Positions 49,292 through 59,527 of a stretch of 64,000 nucleotides of DNA are shown here, piece after piece (position 1 is the first letter of the stretch; every line of letters starts with the position of its first letter). The DNA comes from Spirochaetia bacterium. GTDB taxonomy: Bacteria; Spirochaetota; Spirochaetia; CADAEX01. Under the pieces are notes generated by a model. It was not told the DNA's origin and did not search any database. It was given only the letters and a program-made list of their open reading frames with translations. The translations under genes were made by a program, and so were the position numbers. The DNA lies in the NCBI GenBank assembly GCA_963662795.1, contig OY759746.1, forward strand, positions 1,600,001 to 1,664,000. The letters are read 5' to 3'.

Positions 49292-49413
49292 TTATTTATT
49301 AAACTTGTTGAATATAAAGATGATATTTTTTAAACGATGCAAAGTTTATAAAAGGATTAGATTTATTGGTATTGCTAAATACAAATTTAATAATTGAAGG
49401 AGAATAAAATCTG

Positions 49414-50490
49414 ATGGTTAATATACCTGAACATATGAAAGCGGTAGTTCTTATGGGGCCTGACAAACTTGAGGTTAGGGACATGAAGGTTCCCGTTCCC
49501 GGGCCTGTGGATGTCCTTATCAGGGTTGAGTCATGCGCATTGTGCGCTTCGGATACAGGGCTGATACACAAGCCTTTTCCGGGCCAGCCTCCATACGGGG
49601 AATTTATTATCGGACATGAGTATTCAGGTACAGTTGCAGCCCTTGGCGGGACTGTTGATGAGTTTGCAGTGGGCGACAGGGTAACGGTGGAAGCGCATAA
49701 CGGATGCGGAAGGTGCAGAAACTGCCGTCTTGGAAACTATACAGGTTGTCTTAATTACGGGGATACCGCCAAAGGCCACAGGGCCAACGGATTTACAACA
49801 AACGGCGGCAATGCCCAGTATGTGATAAACCATATAAATACGGTTCACAAAATAGCGGATAATGTCTCATTCGATGAAGCTTCCCTTGCGACAAACCTGG
49901 GATGTGTATTATACGGATTTGAGACACTCGGCGGATTCATAGCGGGCGATACAATTGTTATTGTCGGCCCGGGTCCTTTGGGCCTTAGCGCTGTACAGGC
50001 TGCAAGGGCACTTGGTGCCGGGAAGATAATACTGCTTGGAACAAGGGACTCAAGACTCAGGATTGCAGAGAATACAGGCGCCGATATTATCATCAATACA
50101 AAAAAACAGGATCCCATGGAAGTAATAATGAGGGAAACAGGCGGAAAGGGGTGCGATATCGCGATAGAGGCATCCGGTTCCGAGGCAGGACTTGGGCTTT
50201 CAATCAAATCAACAAAGAGAATGGGAAAAATCCTGCTTCTGGCTTTCCCCCATAAACCCTTTCCTGCTGATTTTGAAGACCTTGCGCTTAACAATAAACA
50301 TATCTTTACAGTAAGAGGGGAAGGATGGGCGAATGTAGGAAGGGCGGCTGTCTTTTTGAATAAGGGCATTGTTGACCTTAAACCGCTCATTACACACACA
50401 TTTCCTCTTGCAAAAATAAATGAAGCGTTTGACACATTCAACAACAGAATTGACGGCGCGATAAAAGTAATTTCAAAACCCCAGGAGTAG
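49414..50490 (+). CDS. Zn-dependent dehydrogenase (sorbitol/threonine DH-like)
   Basis: CALCASD, GHE, CGRCRNC...C, GPGPLG. Confidence 0.9.
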   Translation: MVNIPEHMKAVVLMGPDKLEVRDMKVPVPGPVDVLIRVESCALCASDTGLIHKPFPGQPPYGEFIIGHEYSGTVAALGGTVDEFAVGDRVTVEAHNGCGRCRNCRLGNYTGCLNYGDTAKGHRANGFTTNGGNAQYVINHINTVHKIADNVSFDEASLATNLGCVLYGFETLGGFIAGDTIVIVGPGPLGLSAVQAARALGAGKIILLGTRDSRLRIAENTGADIIINTKKQDPMEVIMRETGGKGCDIAIEASGSEAGLGLSIKSTKRMGKILLLAFPHKPFPADFEDLALNNKHIFTVRGEGWANVGRAAVFLNKGIVDLKPLITHTFPLAKINEAFDTFNNRIDGAIKVISKPQE

Positions 50491-50495
50491 GTGTA

Positions 50496-51728
50496 ATGTC
50501 TTCTGTTTTACTTATTGCAACCCTTGATACCAAATCGGAAGAAGCCGCCTACGTCAGGGCTCAGATTGAAAGCCATGGAGAGCAGGTGATACTTGCGAAT
50601 ACAGGTGTTTTTCTCCCTTTTGAGGAAAATGCCGAAATAAAAGGGGCAGAGATAGTCAAAGCAGGATGCGGACTTACGATAGAAGAACTTAAGGCGAGGG
50701 GAGACAAGGGACTGAGCATTGAAGCGATTACTAACGGAATAAAGATAATCACTAAAAAACTTTACAGCGAAGGCAGGATCGCGGCAGTGCTTTCAATAGG
50801 CGGGGCTCAAGGGACTGATATTGGAACAGCTGCGATGAGAGAGCTTCCGTTCGGGGTTCCCAAATTCATGGTTTCAACTGTTGCCTCGGGGAAGGCAACT
50901 TTCGGCCCGTTTGTCGGGACAAAAGATATTATCATGATGCATTCGGTATGCGATATTCAGGGACTTAATATAGTCACAAGAAGTGTTTTTGACAATGCGG
51001 CATCCGCTGTATGCGGTATGGTTAAAAACAGGAAGAAGAATCAGGATAAAAGAGCGGGAAAGGCAGGATCAATCGCGGTAAGCATGCTTGGAACGACAAC
51101 CCCCGGAGCCCTTTATGCCAAGGAACTTATTGAAAAAGAGAATTATGATTTTGTAGCGTTCCATCAGAATGGAACAGGCGGTATTGCCATGGAGGAAATG
51201 ATTGAAGAGGGGCTCTTTAAGGGGGTTCTTGATATCAACCTTCATGAAATCGGCGACAGGTATTTCGGGGGACTGCACGGATCGGTAAGGGAAGGGCGTC
51301 TTGAAAGCGCAGGAAAAACCGCTCTTCCCCAGGTTATCGCCCCGGGGAGCATCAACTATACAGTACAGGGCCCGTATGCTGAAGTAAGCGAAGAACTTAA
51401 AAAAAGGCAGCACATTATACATAATTCATTTCTCACCCTTGTAAGACTTACCCCTGATGAACTTTCCGGAGTAGGGAAAATTACAGCAGAAAAAATAAAT
51501 CTTTCAAGAGGCAAGGTGCATGTTTACATACCTCTTAAAGGATTTTCATTTCCTGATTCGGCCGGAAGGGAACACTGGGACCCGGAAGGGAACGCTGCTT
51601 TTACAGACGCTCTGAAGAAGAACTTAAGGAAAGATATTCCGTGTGACGAACTTGATTTACACATAAACGATACGGAATTTATTGATATTGCGGTTAATAA
51701 GCTTTTCAGTTTTATAAAGGAAAAGTGA
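50496..51728 (+). CDS. Tm-1-like ATP-binding domain protein (UPF0261)
   Basis: ATLDTK..E, AMRELPFGVPKFMVST, SVCDIQGLN, GTTTP, FH..GTGG.AME, HN. Confidence 0.9.
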   Translation: MSSVLLIATLDTKSEEAAYVRAQIESHGEQVILANTGVFLPFEENAEIKGAEIVKAGCGLTIEELKARGDKGLSIEAITNGIKIITKKLYSEGRIAAVLSIGGAQGTDIGTAAMRELPFGVPKFMVSTVASGKATFGPFVGTKDIIMMHSVCDIQGLNIVTRSVFDNAASAVCGMVKNRKKNQDKRAGKAGSIAVSMLGTTTPGALYAKELIEKENYDFVAFHQNGTGGIAMEEMIEEGLFKGVLDINLHEIGDRYFGGLHGSVREGRLESAGKTALPQVIAPGSINYTVQGPYAEVSEELKKRQHIIHNSFLTLVRLTPDELSGVGKITAEKINLSRGKVHVYIPLKGFSFPDSAGREHWDPEGNAAFTDALKKNLRKDIPCDELDLHINDTEFIDIAVNKLFSFIKEK

Positions 51729-51763
51729 TTTACTTTAAAGCGGATAATATGCCAGGAGGAATA

Positions 51764-52660
51764 ATGAGCAAGGCTAAGGAAATGCTTTCAGGGGTCTACT
51801 CCCCGATGTGTACTCCATTTAAAAATGATGAAGTAGACTATGCAGGAATGGAAAAAAATGTTGATTTGATGAATTCATCCGGACTCAAGGGTTATTTTGT
51901 ACTTGGAACAAACGGTGAGTTCAAAACAATGTCAGAAGAGGAAAAATTCAAGCTGCTTGGTGTTGTAATAAAAAGAGCGGCGAAAGACAAGGTCGTAATG
52001 GCAGGAACCGGAGCAGAAAGCACCAGGGAAACAATCAGGCTCACAAAAAAAGCGGCAGATTTGGGGGCGGTTATGGTAAGCCTTTTGATGCCCAGTTTTT
52101 TCGCGAAGAAAATTACGGATGATGTGATAATAAGGCATATCACAGAGATTGCAGAGGCATCCCCTGTTCCTGTAGTGCTTTACAACAATCCTTCGGTGGC
52201 GGCGGGAGTCACAATAAGACCTGCTGTTATCAAGGTTGTATCGCAGCATTCCAATGTCGCGGGAATCAAGGATTCAAGCAAGGAAACATGGCCTTTAAAC
52301 GTAGTTTTTAACAGCAGCGGTTTTTCCGTACTGGCAGGCAGCGCGGGGTACTTTTTTGACCTGCTTGACAAGGGCGGTACAGGCGGAGTGCTGTCTCTCG
52401 CGAATGTTTTCCCCGATGCGTGCGCAAAGCTTTACAACCTTTATATTTCAGGTAAAAAAGCGGAAGCGGCAGAGCTTAACAATAAGCTGCTTGATCTCAA
52501 TAAAAAAGTATCAGGTACTTACGGAGTGGCGGGAGTAAAATACGCGATGGACCTTGCGGGCTTTGCAGGGGGAGTAATGCGCAGACCGCTCGGTACCCTG
52601 AATGCTGAACAGAAAAAAACACTTGAAGCTGACCTTAGGGGCAGCGGGTTTTTAAAATAA
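51764..52660 (+). CDS. DHDPS/NAL-family class I aldolase (HOGA-like)
   Basis: TPF, GTNGE, LYNNP, GIKDS Schiff-base Lys. Start at 51764 after AGGAGG. Confidence 0.88.
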   Translation: MSKAKEMLSGVYSPMCTPFKNDEVDYAGMEKNVDLMNSSGLKGYFVLGTNGEFKTMSEEEKFKLLGVVIKRAAKDKVVMAGTGAESTRETIRLTKKAADLGAVMVSLLMPSFFAKKITDDVIIRHITEIAEASPVPVVLYNNPSVAAGVTIRPAVIKVVSQHSNVAGIKDSSKETWPLNVVFNSSGFSVLAGSAGYFFDLLDKGGTGGVLSLANVFPDACAKLYNLYISGKKAEAAELNNKLLDLNKKVSGTYGVAGVKYAMDLAGFAGGVMRRPLGTLNAEQKKTLEADLRGSGFLK

Positions 52661-52686
52661 TAATTATAACCAATGGAGGTTAACAG

Positions 52687-53565
52687 ATGTCATCAGACGG
52701 AATGAAAAGAGGCAAAAGTCAGAATATCCTGGATCTCGGATATACAGATGTAAGGGAACATCTTAAGAAAAACGATACAATTATCGTAAGTATGGGATCG
52801 ATTGAAAAACATGGAGCGCACTGCCCGCTGGGAACAGACAGTTTTACAGCAATGGGTGTTATTGAAGAAGCTGCCAGATTAACAGACACACTTTATACAC
52901 CTTTAATACCTGTCGGATATTCCCCCCACCACATGGGAAGACAGGGCGAAGGAACAGGAACACTTACTTTCTCGGGAGATACTTACAGAAGAATAGTATA
53001 TGATCTTGCGAAAAGCCTTATATACCACGGCTACAACAAACTGGTTTTTGTTACACATCACGGAAGCAACTCCAAGGTAATTGATGATGTACTTAGAAAA
53101 ATCAGGTATGAAACCGGATGTTTTGTCGGATGGTTTAAAACTCCGACAGAAAGAAATTACAGATTTATCGCAGATATCCTTGAAGGAACACCTGAGGAAA
53201 CACCGGGCTGGCACGCAGGTGAGCTTGAGACATCAACAGCATGGGCATACAATCCTGAATCTGTTGCAATGGAACTCGCAAAAGAAGACAGAACACATGC
53301 GCCGAAGTGGATGACAAAAGAGTTTACAAAACATGACGGGTCAGGTTTTGTAACATTCAGGGGCGATGAATGCATGTGGGTACCGATGGAACACCATGAA
53401 TATTCAGATACAGCAACAATTGGAAATCCTTTAAGAGCTTCCAGGGAAAAGGGAGAGAAAATCCTTAAGAGAGGCGGAGAACTTCTCGCGGCTCTTATCG
53501 AAGAAATTAAAAAATTCGATATCAAGGTTCCGGAAGAAAAAAGAGCTTTCAACAACCGCGCGTAG
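52687..53565 (+). CDS. Creatininase-family hydrolase
   Basis: GSIEKHGAH.P.GTD, GYSPHH, HHGSN, HAGELET, GNP..AS.EKG. Confidence 0.88.
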   Translation: MSSDGMKRGKSQNILDLGYTDVREHLKKNDTIIVSMGSIEKHGAHCPLGTDSFTAMGVIEEAARLTDTLYTPLIPVGYSPHHMGRQGEGTGTLTFSGDTYRRIVYDLAKSLIYHGYNKLVFVTHHGSNSKVIDDVLRKIRYETGCFVGWFKTPTERNYRFIADILEGTPEETPGWHAGELETSTAWAYNPESVAMELAKEDRTHAPKWMTKEFTKHDGSGFVTFRGDECMWVPMEHHEYSDTATIGNPLRASREKGEKILKRGGELLAALIEEIKKFDIKVPEEKRAFNNRA

Positions 53566-53596
53566 TAATCGAGGTTTTTGTAAATAATCGACAATA

Positions 53597-53629
53597 CAGA
53601 TACCCCGAGCCGCAAGGTCGGGGTATCTG
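53597..53629. repeat. GC-rich palindrome (REP-like hairpin)
   Basis: CAGATACCCCGA / TCGGGGTATCTG perfect 12-bp stem around a GCAA loop, no U-tract. Confidence 0.7.
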
Positions 53630-53760
53630 ACTGTTAAGAGGCATATCTTTCAGCCGGTCAGATATACTTTAAAAAATCCTGATTCAACTTGCCGAACCGG
53701 TGAGGATTTATATAGATGAATCCTGGTTAATCTTTAAGAAAATATCCTTAGGAGAAAAAT

Positions 53761-54531
53761 ATGAAAAGACTTGAAGGAAGGGTTGCAATTGTAACCGGAT
53801 CAGCGCAGGGAATGGGTCTTGCCATCGCAAAAGCGCTTGGCAATGAAGGCGCAACAATAATAATAACAGACATAAACAGCGAACAGGTTCAAAAAACTGT
53901 TTCAGCTCTTAAAACAGAAGGATATACCGCAGACGGATACAGCATGAACGTTACTGTTGATGCGCAGGTTGGGGAAGTATTTGACGCGGTTAAAAATAAA
54001 TACGGCAAACTGGACATTCTGGTTAATAACGCGGGAGGTGCGCTTAACACCCCGTACAAACTAAATGAGATTGAGGAAAAACACTGGAACCTTGTCCTTG
54101 ATGTAAACCTTAAAGGGGCTTTTTTCTGCTGCAGAAAAGCCATCAATATAATGGCAGAGCAGGGAGGCGGCGCAATTGTAAACATTTCAGCTCTTGCGGC
54201 TCACTACAGGGCAAGCCTCGCAGGCGTCCAGTATACAGCAGCAAAGGCCGGGGTTGAAGGACTTACGAGGCAGCTTGCCTACGACTGGGGCGATAAAAAC
54301 ATCCGGATAACCGGAGTCGCGCCGACTATCACCATGACAGGGGAGCGGGTTAAAGGGCTCTGGGATGACAAGGGTAAGGATGAGCAGGATAAGACACTTA
54401 AAAATATTCCGCTCCGCAGGCTCAGCACACCGCAGGAAATCGCAGCTGCTGTTGTATTCCTGGCATCTGATGAAGCATCATACATAACAGGAATTACACT
54501 TGATGTCAGCGGCGGCAGATATCTCAGATAA
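53761..54531 (+). CDS. Classical SDR oxidoreductase
   Basis: TGSAQGMG, NNAG, YTAAK. Confidence 0.92.
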   Translation: MKRLEGRVAIVTGSAQGMGLAIAKALGNEGATIIITDINSEQVQKTVSALKTEGYTADGYSMNVTVDAQVGEVFDAVKNKYGKLDILVNNAGGALNTPYKLNEIEEKHWNLVLDVNLKGAFFCCRKAINIMAEQGGGAIVNISALAAHYRASLAGVQYTAAKAGVEGLTRQLAYDWGDKNIRITGVAPTITMTGERVKGLWDDKGKDEQDKTLKNIPLRRLSTPQEIAAAVVFLASDEASYITGITLDVSGGRYLR

Positions 54532-54640
54532 CATAAGTCAATAATGGAGTCAAAGAATATATTTATTATGGGGAATATATATTATTTGACAGTTGAACTA
54601 TTGCATAGTACAATTGTTAAACACAAAAGGGGGAAGATGT

Positions 54641-55888
54641 ATGAAGAGATTTATTATTTGTTCAATGTTCTTTTTTATGCTTGCTGGCGCATATGCTGAA
54701 GGAGCAAAAGAAAAAAAAATGGAAAAACCTTCTGAAATTAAATTCGGATTTGGAACTTCATCAACTGGAACATTTGCAGCTGTTGCTCAAGATCAAAACA
54801 GAGGTGCTGAATATGCTACTGAAGAAATTAATACCTCTGGCGGAATTAGTATGCCTTGGGGAAAAGTAAAACTAAATACATTGTTCAGAGATGATGAAAC
54901 AAAGGTTGATGTTGCAGTAAGAAGATTTAGAGAATTGACAGAAGAGGGTATAGTAGGTTTTTCCGGAGCTGTCTATAATCCGATAGCCGGTGCCCTGAAT
55001 GAAGAAAACAAAATTGCAAATATTGTTTATCTACCCGGATGCGTACCCGCCTTGGATAGTTTTCGAAAAGGTAATCCATCAGATGCTACTTATTCACTCG
55101 TTTTTTCCCCATGGACGATTGGCTATGTTACTGTGAAAATAGCAGCTGAAAAGCTGAATGCAAAAACTATTTACTATGTAAACAGATCTGATTCCTGGGG
55201 ACGGACAATACGTGATGGAATGGTTGAAGCCATGAAAAAGTATGATGTTAAATTGATTGGCGAAAGAGAATTTTCAACTGGTACGGTAGACTGGTCAGCC
55301 GCAATTAATGAAGCAAATTCGTTATCTCCTGATGTATTTGCTTCCTGTTTTTACGGAGGAGATTCAGTATCTCTGATGAAACAGGCTCATGATGCCGGAG
55401 TTCAAAAAAGATCAGTACTTTTCAATATATGGACATCAACAGTCATTGGTGTGGCATTGCCAAATGAAGTACTTAAAGATATTCAGGGCCTTACGTTTTT
55501 TTATCATAATTTTGAGGGATATAAAGACAAAAAAGTCGCAGAAGCATCAAAGAAATTTGTAGAAGGATTTCAGAAGAAATTTAATCAGCCTCCTGATTCA
55601 TATGCAGCTATAGCATATATGGCATTTGATCTTTATAGGACAGCCAGTGAGAAAGCAGGATCATTTGAATCCGGTGCTATAGCAAAAGCTATAGGAACCA
55701 ATAGTTTTAATACTATCAAAGGGAAAGGATATTTTAGGGGAAGTCACGAATTTATTGGTGATAATATGGTTTTTTATGTCAAGGGCAAAGACGCTTCAGA
55801 TATGAAAGATAAATATGATGTTTTTAAGATTATAGATTCGTTTGGCGGGGAAGAACTTGTTCCCAGTATGAAATATTTAGGATATTAA
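54641..55888 (+). CDS. Liv-type ABC substrate-binding protein
   Basis: Signal peptide, EINTSGGI, RDDE, type I periplasmic-binding pattern; start at 54641. Confidence 0.85.
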   Translation: MKRFIICSMFFFMLAGAYAEGAKEKKMEKPSEIKFGFGTSSTGTFAAVAQDQNRGAEYATEEINTSGGISMPWGKVKLNTLFRDDETKVDVAVRRFRELTEEGIVGFSGAVYNPIAGALNEENKIANIVYLPGCVPALDSFRKGNPSDATYSLVFSPWTIGYVTVKIAAEKLNAKTIYYVNRSDSWGRTIRDGMVEAMKKYDVKLIGEREFSTGTVDWSAAINEANSLSPDVFASCFYGGDSVSLMKQAHDAGVQKRSVLFNIWTSTVIGVALPNEVLKDIQGLTFFYHNFEGYKDKKVAEASKKFVEGFQKKFNQPPDSYAAIAYMAFDLYRTASEKAGSFESGAIAKAIGTNSFNTIKGKGYFRGSHEFIGDNMVFYVKGKDASDMKDKYDVFKIIDSFGGEELVPSMKYLGY

Positions 55889-55899
55889 ATAAAAAATTC

Positions 55900-55933
55900 A
55901 TGAACAGGCGAATAAATATATTTGCCTGTTCAT
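55900..55933 (+). other. 15-bp intercistronic hairpin after the SBP gene (mRNA stabiliser/attenuator)
   Basis: ATGAACAGGCGAATA / TATTTGCCTGTTCAT, one G:U pair. Confidence 0.7.
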
Positions 55934-55955
55934 TGCATAATTATTGGGAATTACT

Positions 55956-56723
55956 ATGAATACAGACTTTTTAATTGAAGGAAAAAATCTAACTAAAAAT
56001 TTTGGCCTTTTTACAGCTGTTAATGATGTCTCCATTTGTATTAAAAATAAAGAATCAGTTGGAATAATTGGTTCTAATGGTGCTGGAAAAACTACTTTGG
56101 TAAATTTGTTAACTGGTAAAATAATCCCTGATAGAGGTAAAGTAATATTTAATGGAGAAAATATTTCATCTTTTAATGTAGAGAGAAGAGTTAAACTGGG
56201 TATTGTCAGAACATTTCAATTGGTGCATGTGTTTAACAATTTGTCACTTTATGAAAATATTGCATTATCAGCATTTCGAAAAAAAGAAAATAAAAATTTT
56301 TCAGCAATGATGTGTTTTAAAAATCTGAACACCGATGCTAGAATTAAAGATAAAATAGAAGAAACAATAGAAATATTTAATTTTAAAAAAATAAAAAATA
56401 AATTAGTATCCGAACTTTCATTTGGTGTCCAAAGAAAAATTGAAATTGCCATGGCCTGGATAACAGAACCTTCTATTTTTATATTAGATGAACCATTTGC
56501 CGGTATTAATGATTTTGAAATTGATGAAATAATCGAAATCCTTAATAATCTTATCGGAAAAGAAACAATTGTAATTGTTGAGCATAAATTATCTAAATTA
56601 AAAGAAATTGTAGATAAGTTATTTGTAATGCATGACGGCAGTATCATTTGTGAGGGGTCATGTGATGAAGCATTAAATAATGCTGAAGTAAGGAAATCTT
56701 ACTGGAAACTAAATGATGAATAA
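55956..56723 (+). CDS. Liv-type ABC ATPase (LivG-like)
   Basis: GSNGAGKTT, RTFQ, LDEP, VEH. Confidence 0.9.
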   Translation: MNTDFLIEGKNLTKNFGLFTAVNDVSICIKNKESVGIIGSNGAGKTTLVNLLTGKIIPDRGKVIFNGENISSFNVERRVKLGIVRTFQLVHVFNNLSLYENIALSAFRKKENKNFSAMMCFKNLNTDARIKDKIEETIEIFNFKKIKNKLVSELSFGVQRKIEIAMAWITEPSIFILDEPFAGINDFEIDEIIEILNNLIGKETIVIVEHKLSKLKEIVDKLFVMHDGSIICEGSCDEALNNAEVRKSYWKLNDE

Positions 56724-56741
56724 TTGTCGTAAGGTGTCAAT

Positions 56742-57425
56742 ATGAATTTATTAACGGTAGATAAAGTTACAATCGGATATGGTGAATTATTAGTTGTATT
56801 TGATGCAGGAATAAATGTCAATAAAGGAGAGGTCGTTTTTCTTGTGGGACGAAATGGTGCAGGAAAAACAACTCTTTTAAGATGCATAAGCGGATTTATA
56901 AAATCCAGCAGTGGGAATATTGTGTTTAACGGTGAAGATATAAATAACTGTAGTTCTTATAATATTGCTAAAAAAGGATTAAAATATATCAATCAGGAGA
57001 AAAGAGTTTTTTCTGATCTTACAGTACGAGAAAATTTTGAATTAAGTAGTTATGCAACAAAAGATTATGATTGGGAAACAATTCTCAAGTATTTCCCTAA
57101 ATTAAAGATACTTTTTAGCAGAAAAGCTGGGAACCTAAGCGGTGGTGAAAAGCAAATGCTTCTTATGGCAATAGCATTAATCGGTAAACCTGAATTGATA
57201 TTAATGGATGAACCTACCGAGGGTCTCTCTCCTCAGATTATTTTAGATCTTTCCGAGACATTTAAAAAGGTCAGTAAGATAACAACGTTGTTAATTGTCG
57301 AACAGAATATTCCATTGATAACGGATATAGGTGATAGGGTTTATTGCATGCAAGAAGGAAAAATACTTCAACGCAGTTTTGATAAAAACGAAATAAAAGA
57401 ATTCGCTTTTGAAAAATATCTTTAA
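56742..57425 (+). CDS. Liv-type ABC ATPase (LivF-like)
   Basis: GRNGAGKTT, LSGGEKQ, DEPTEGL. Confidence 0.9.
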   Translation: MNLLTVDKVTIGYGELLVVFDAGINVNKGEVVFLVGRNGAGKTTLLRCISGFIKSSSGNIVFNGEDINNCSSYNIAKKGLKYINQEKRVFSDLTVRENFELSSYATKDYDWETILKYFPKLKILFSRKAGNLSGGEKQMLLMAIALIGKPELILMDEPTEGLSPQIILDLSETFKKVSKITTLLIVEQNIPLITDIGDRVYCMQEGKILQRSFDKNEIKEFAFEKYL

Positions 57426-57451
57426 ATAGATTTAGTGGAGAAGAAACGAAA

Positions 57452-58447
57452 ATGAAAAAAATATTAAATATTTTAAATCCTATCATTATTGTTGTTTTTT
57501 TAATTATCTTAAGATATTTGTTCCCTTCGAAAATAACCTTTCTAACTCAAGTCATTATATTTACTGTCTATGTTATGGGCAACAATTTATTGATGGGATA
57601 TATGGGGTATACATCTTTTGGGCAACCAGTTTTTCTTGGAATCGGAGCATATACAATAGCTTTGTATTTTACATATTTTGGCGAGAATATCCTTGTTGCT
57701 TTTTCGTTAGTTTTAATAGTAAGCATTTTCGTTTCAATGGTTATAGGGCCAATATTTTTAAGATTAAAGGGGAATTATTTTACTCTAATTAATGCCGCTT
57801 TTTGTGCTTTGGGGGTTTTCTTTTTTCAAAGAGTTATCCTTACTTATACAAAAGGTGAAGACGGTTTATGGTTCAGAAGTGCAATTAAACCATTATTGAT
57901 AGATTTAAGAAATCCCAAAAGCTTTTTTGTTTTTTCTTTAATTGTTCTGCTGGCTGTTTTATATATATTTATATTCTTAATTGATAATTCTGTTTTTGGT
58001 GTTGCATTAAAAGCATCCAAAAACAATTCATTGAAACTGAAATATTTGGGTTATAGTATTTTTAAAATAAGATTACTTGGATATACGATTTCCATAATCT
58101 ATTCATGCTTAGCCGGGGCGTTATATGCTATTAATCTTGGGTTTGTAAATCAAAGTCTTGGCGATAATTCACGTGCTATTGAAGTACTTCTTGCAACATT
58201 AATAGGGGGAATCGGATCTGTATACGGGCCATTTCTCGGAGCATTATTTTTTACAGGCATTAAAGATATCCTTGGAGTGTTTTTTTCAAGGTGGGAATTT
58301 TTTATAGGATTATTTACTCTATTTGTCCTTTTCAGATTGGATAAAGGTTTTTATGGATATATAGAAAACAGTATAAAAAAATATTATTTAAAGATTTTAT
58401 CTAAAAATAAAATAATTGAAAAAACAGAGCAAGAGAGGGTAAAATGA
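57452..58447 (+). CDS. Liv-type ABC permease (LivM-like)
   Basis: NLLMGYMG..SFGQ..F.GIGAY, RLKGNYF, LIGGIGS. Confidence 0.9.
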   Translation: MKKILNILNPIIIVVFLIILRYLFPSKITFLTQVIIFTVYVMGNNLLMGYMGYTSFGQPVFLGIGAYTIALYFTYFGENILVAFSLVLIVSIFVSMVIGPIFLRLKGNYFTLINAAFCALGVFFFQRVILTYTKGEDGLWFRSAIKPLLIDLRNPKSFFVFSLIVLLAVLYIFIFLIDNSVFGVALKASKNNSLKLKYLGYSIFKIRLLGYTISIIYSCLAGALYAINLGFVNQSLGDNSRAIEVLLATLIGGIGSVYGPFLGALFFTGIKDILGVFFSRWEFFIGLFTLFVLFRLDKGFYGYIENSIKKYYLKILSKNKIIEKTEQERVK

Positions 58448-59319
58448 ACATTTATATCTCGGCAATTATATATGGATTATCTGCAGCTGGAATATTTTTT
58501 ATGGTATCGCTTGCTATTTCTATAGGTTATGGATTGATGAGGATAGTAAATATTGAAGCTCTATTGTATTACTCAATTGGAGCATATGTTTGTTACACAA
58601 TAACGAGTTTGACAAGTAATTTCTTTTTAGGGGCACTTGCAGCAATGGTATCAGGCGGATTACTGGGCTTTGTAGTAGAAACTTTATTGATAAGAAAGAT
58701 ATATAAAAAAGAATCCATGTTTACGATGGTTGCTACTTTCAGTGTACTTATGATGGGAATAGGCATAATTCAATGGATATGGGGTCTGGATGCAAAACCT
58801 GTTACAACCCCAATAAATAAGGTTATTGAAATTGGATTAATGAATGTTCCAATTTACAGAATAGTTATTATTGGTATAGCTATAATCTCTTATATTGGAA
58901 TCGAATTGTTTTTGAATAAAACAATTGCCGGAAAGGCATTGAGGGCTGGAATAGAAAATAGAAATGATGTTGAAGGGCTTGGAATTAATATTAATAAAAT
59001 ATTTACGAGAACTTTTATCATTGCAAGTTGCTTTGCTGGTCTTGCAGGAGCCTTAAATTCTCCTTTAATAATGGTAACACCTTATATGGGCTATGATATG
59101 TTATTGTTTTCATTTATAACGGTTATTCTTGGCGGGTTAGGTAGTATTAAGGGAACTATGGTTGCATCATTAATTATAGGACAAGTTATTAACCTGGGTG
59201 GATTAATATCTGGGAATATTGCCTTTATTGGCCCATTTGTAATTATGTTTATAATAATAATACTAAAACCTAATGGCTTATTTGGAGTTAAATCAAAATC
59301 ATTAGGATATGACGATTAA
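58444..59319 (+). CDS. Liv-type ABC permease (LivH-like)
   Basis: YGLMRIVN, GKALRA, ILGGLGS, KPNGLFG. Confidence 0.9.
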   Translation: MNIYISAIIYGLSAAGIFFMVSLAISIGYGLMRIVNIEALLYYSIGAYVCYTITSLTSNFFLGALAAMVSGGLLGFVVETLLIRKIYKKESMFTMVATFSVLMMGIGIIQWIWGLDAKPVTTPINKVIEIGLMNVPIYRIVIIGIAIISYIGIELFLNKTIAGKALRAGIENRNDVEGLGININKIFTRTFIIASCFAGLAGALNSPLIMVTPYMGYDMLLFSFITVILGGLGSIKGTMVASLIIGQVINLGGLISGNIAFIGPFVIMFIIIILKPNGLFGVKSKSLGYDD

Positions 59320-59527
59320 AAACTGAAGAATGTTATTATTTAATTTGCATAGATAATATTATTGTATTTTTTTAAGATAAATTATTAATTATATAATATA
59401 TTTTATTGCAAACTTGAATATTAGAGTTAATAAAAAATAGACTTGAAAAAAAGTATAATATTGTCGATACTTTATTATTCTATAAAATATTGAGACTTAA
59501 AAAGATTTCTATATGGAATAAACAGTA

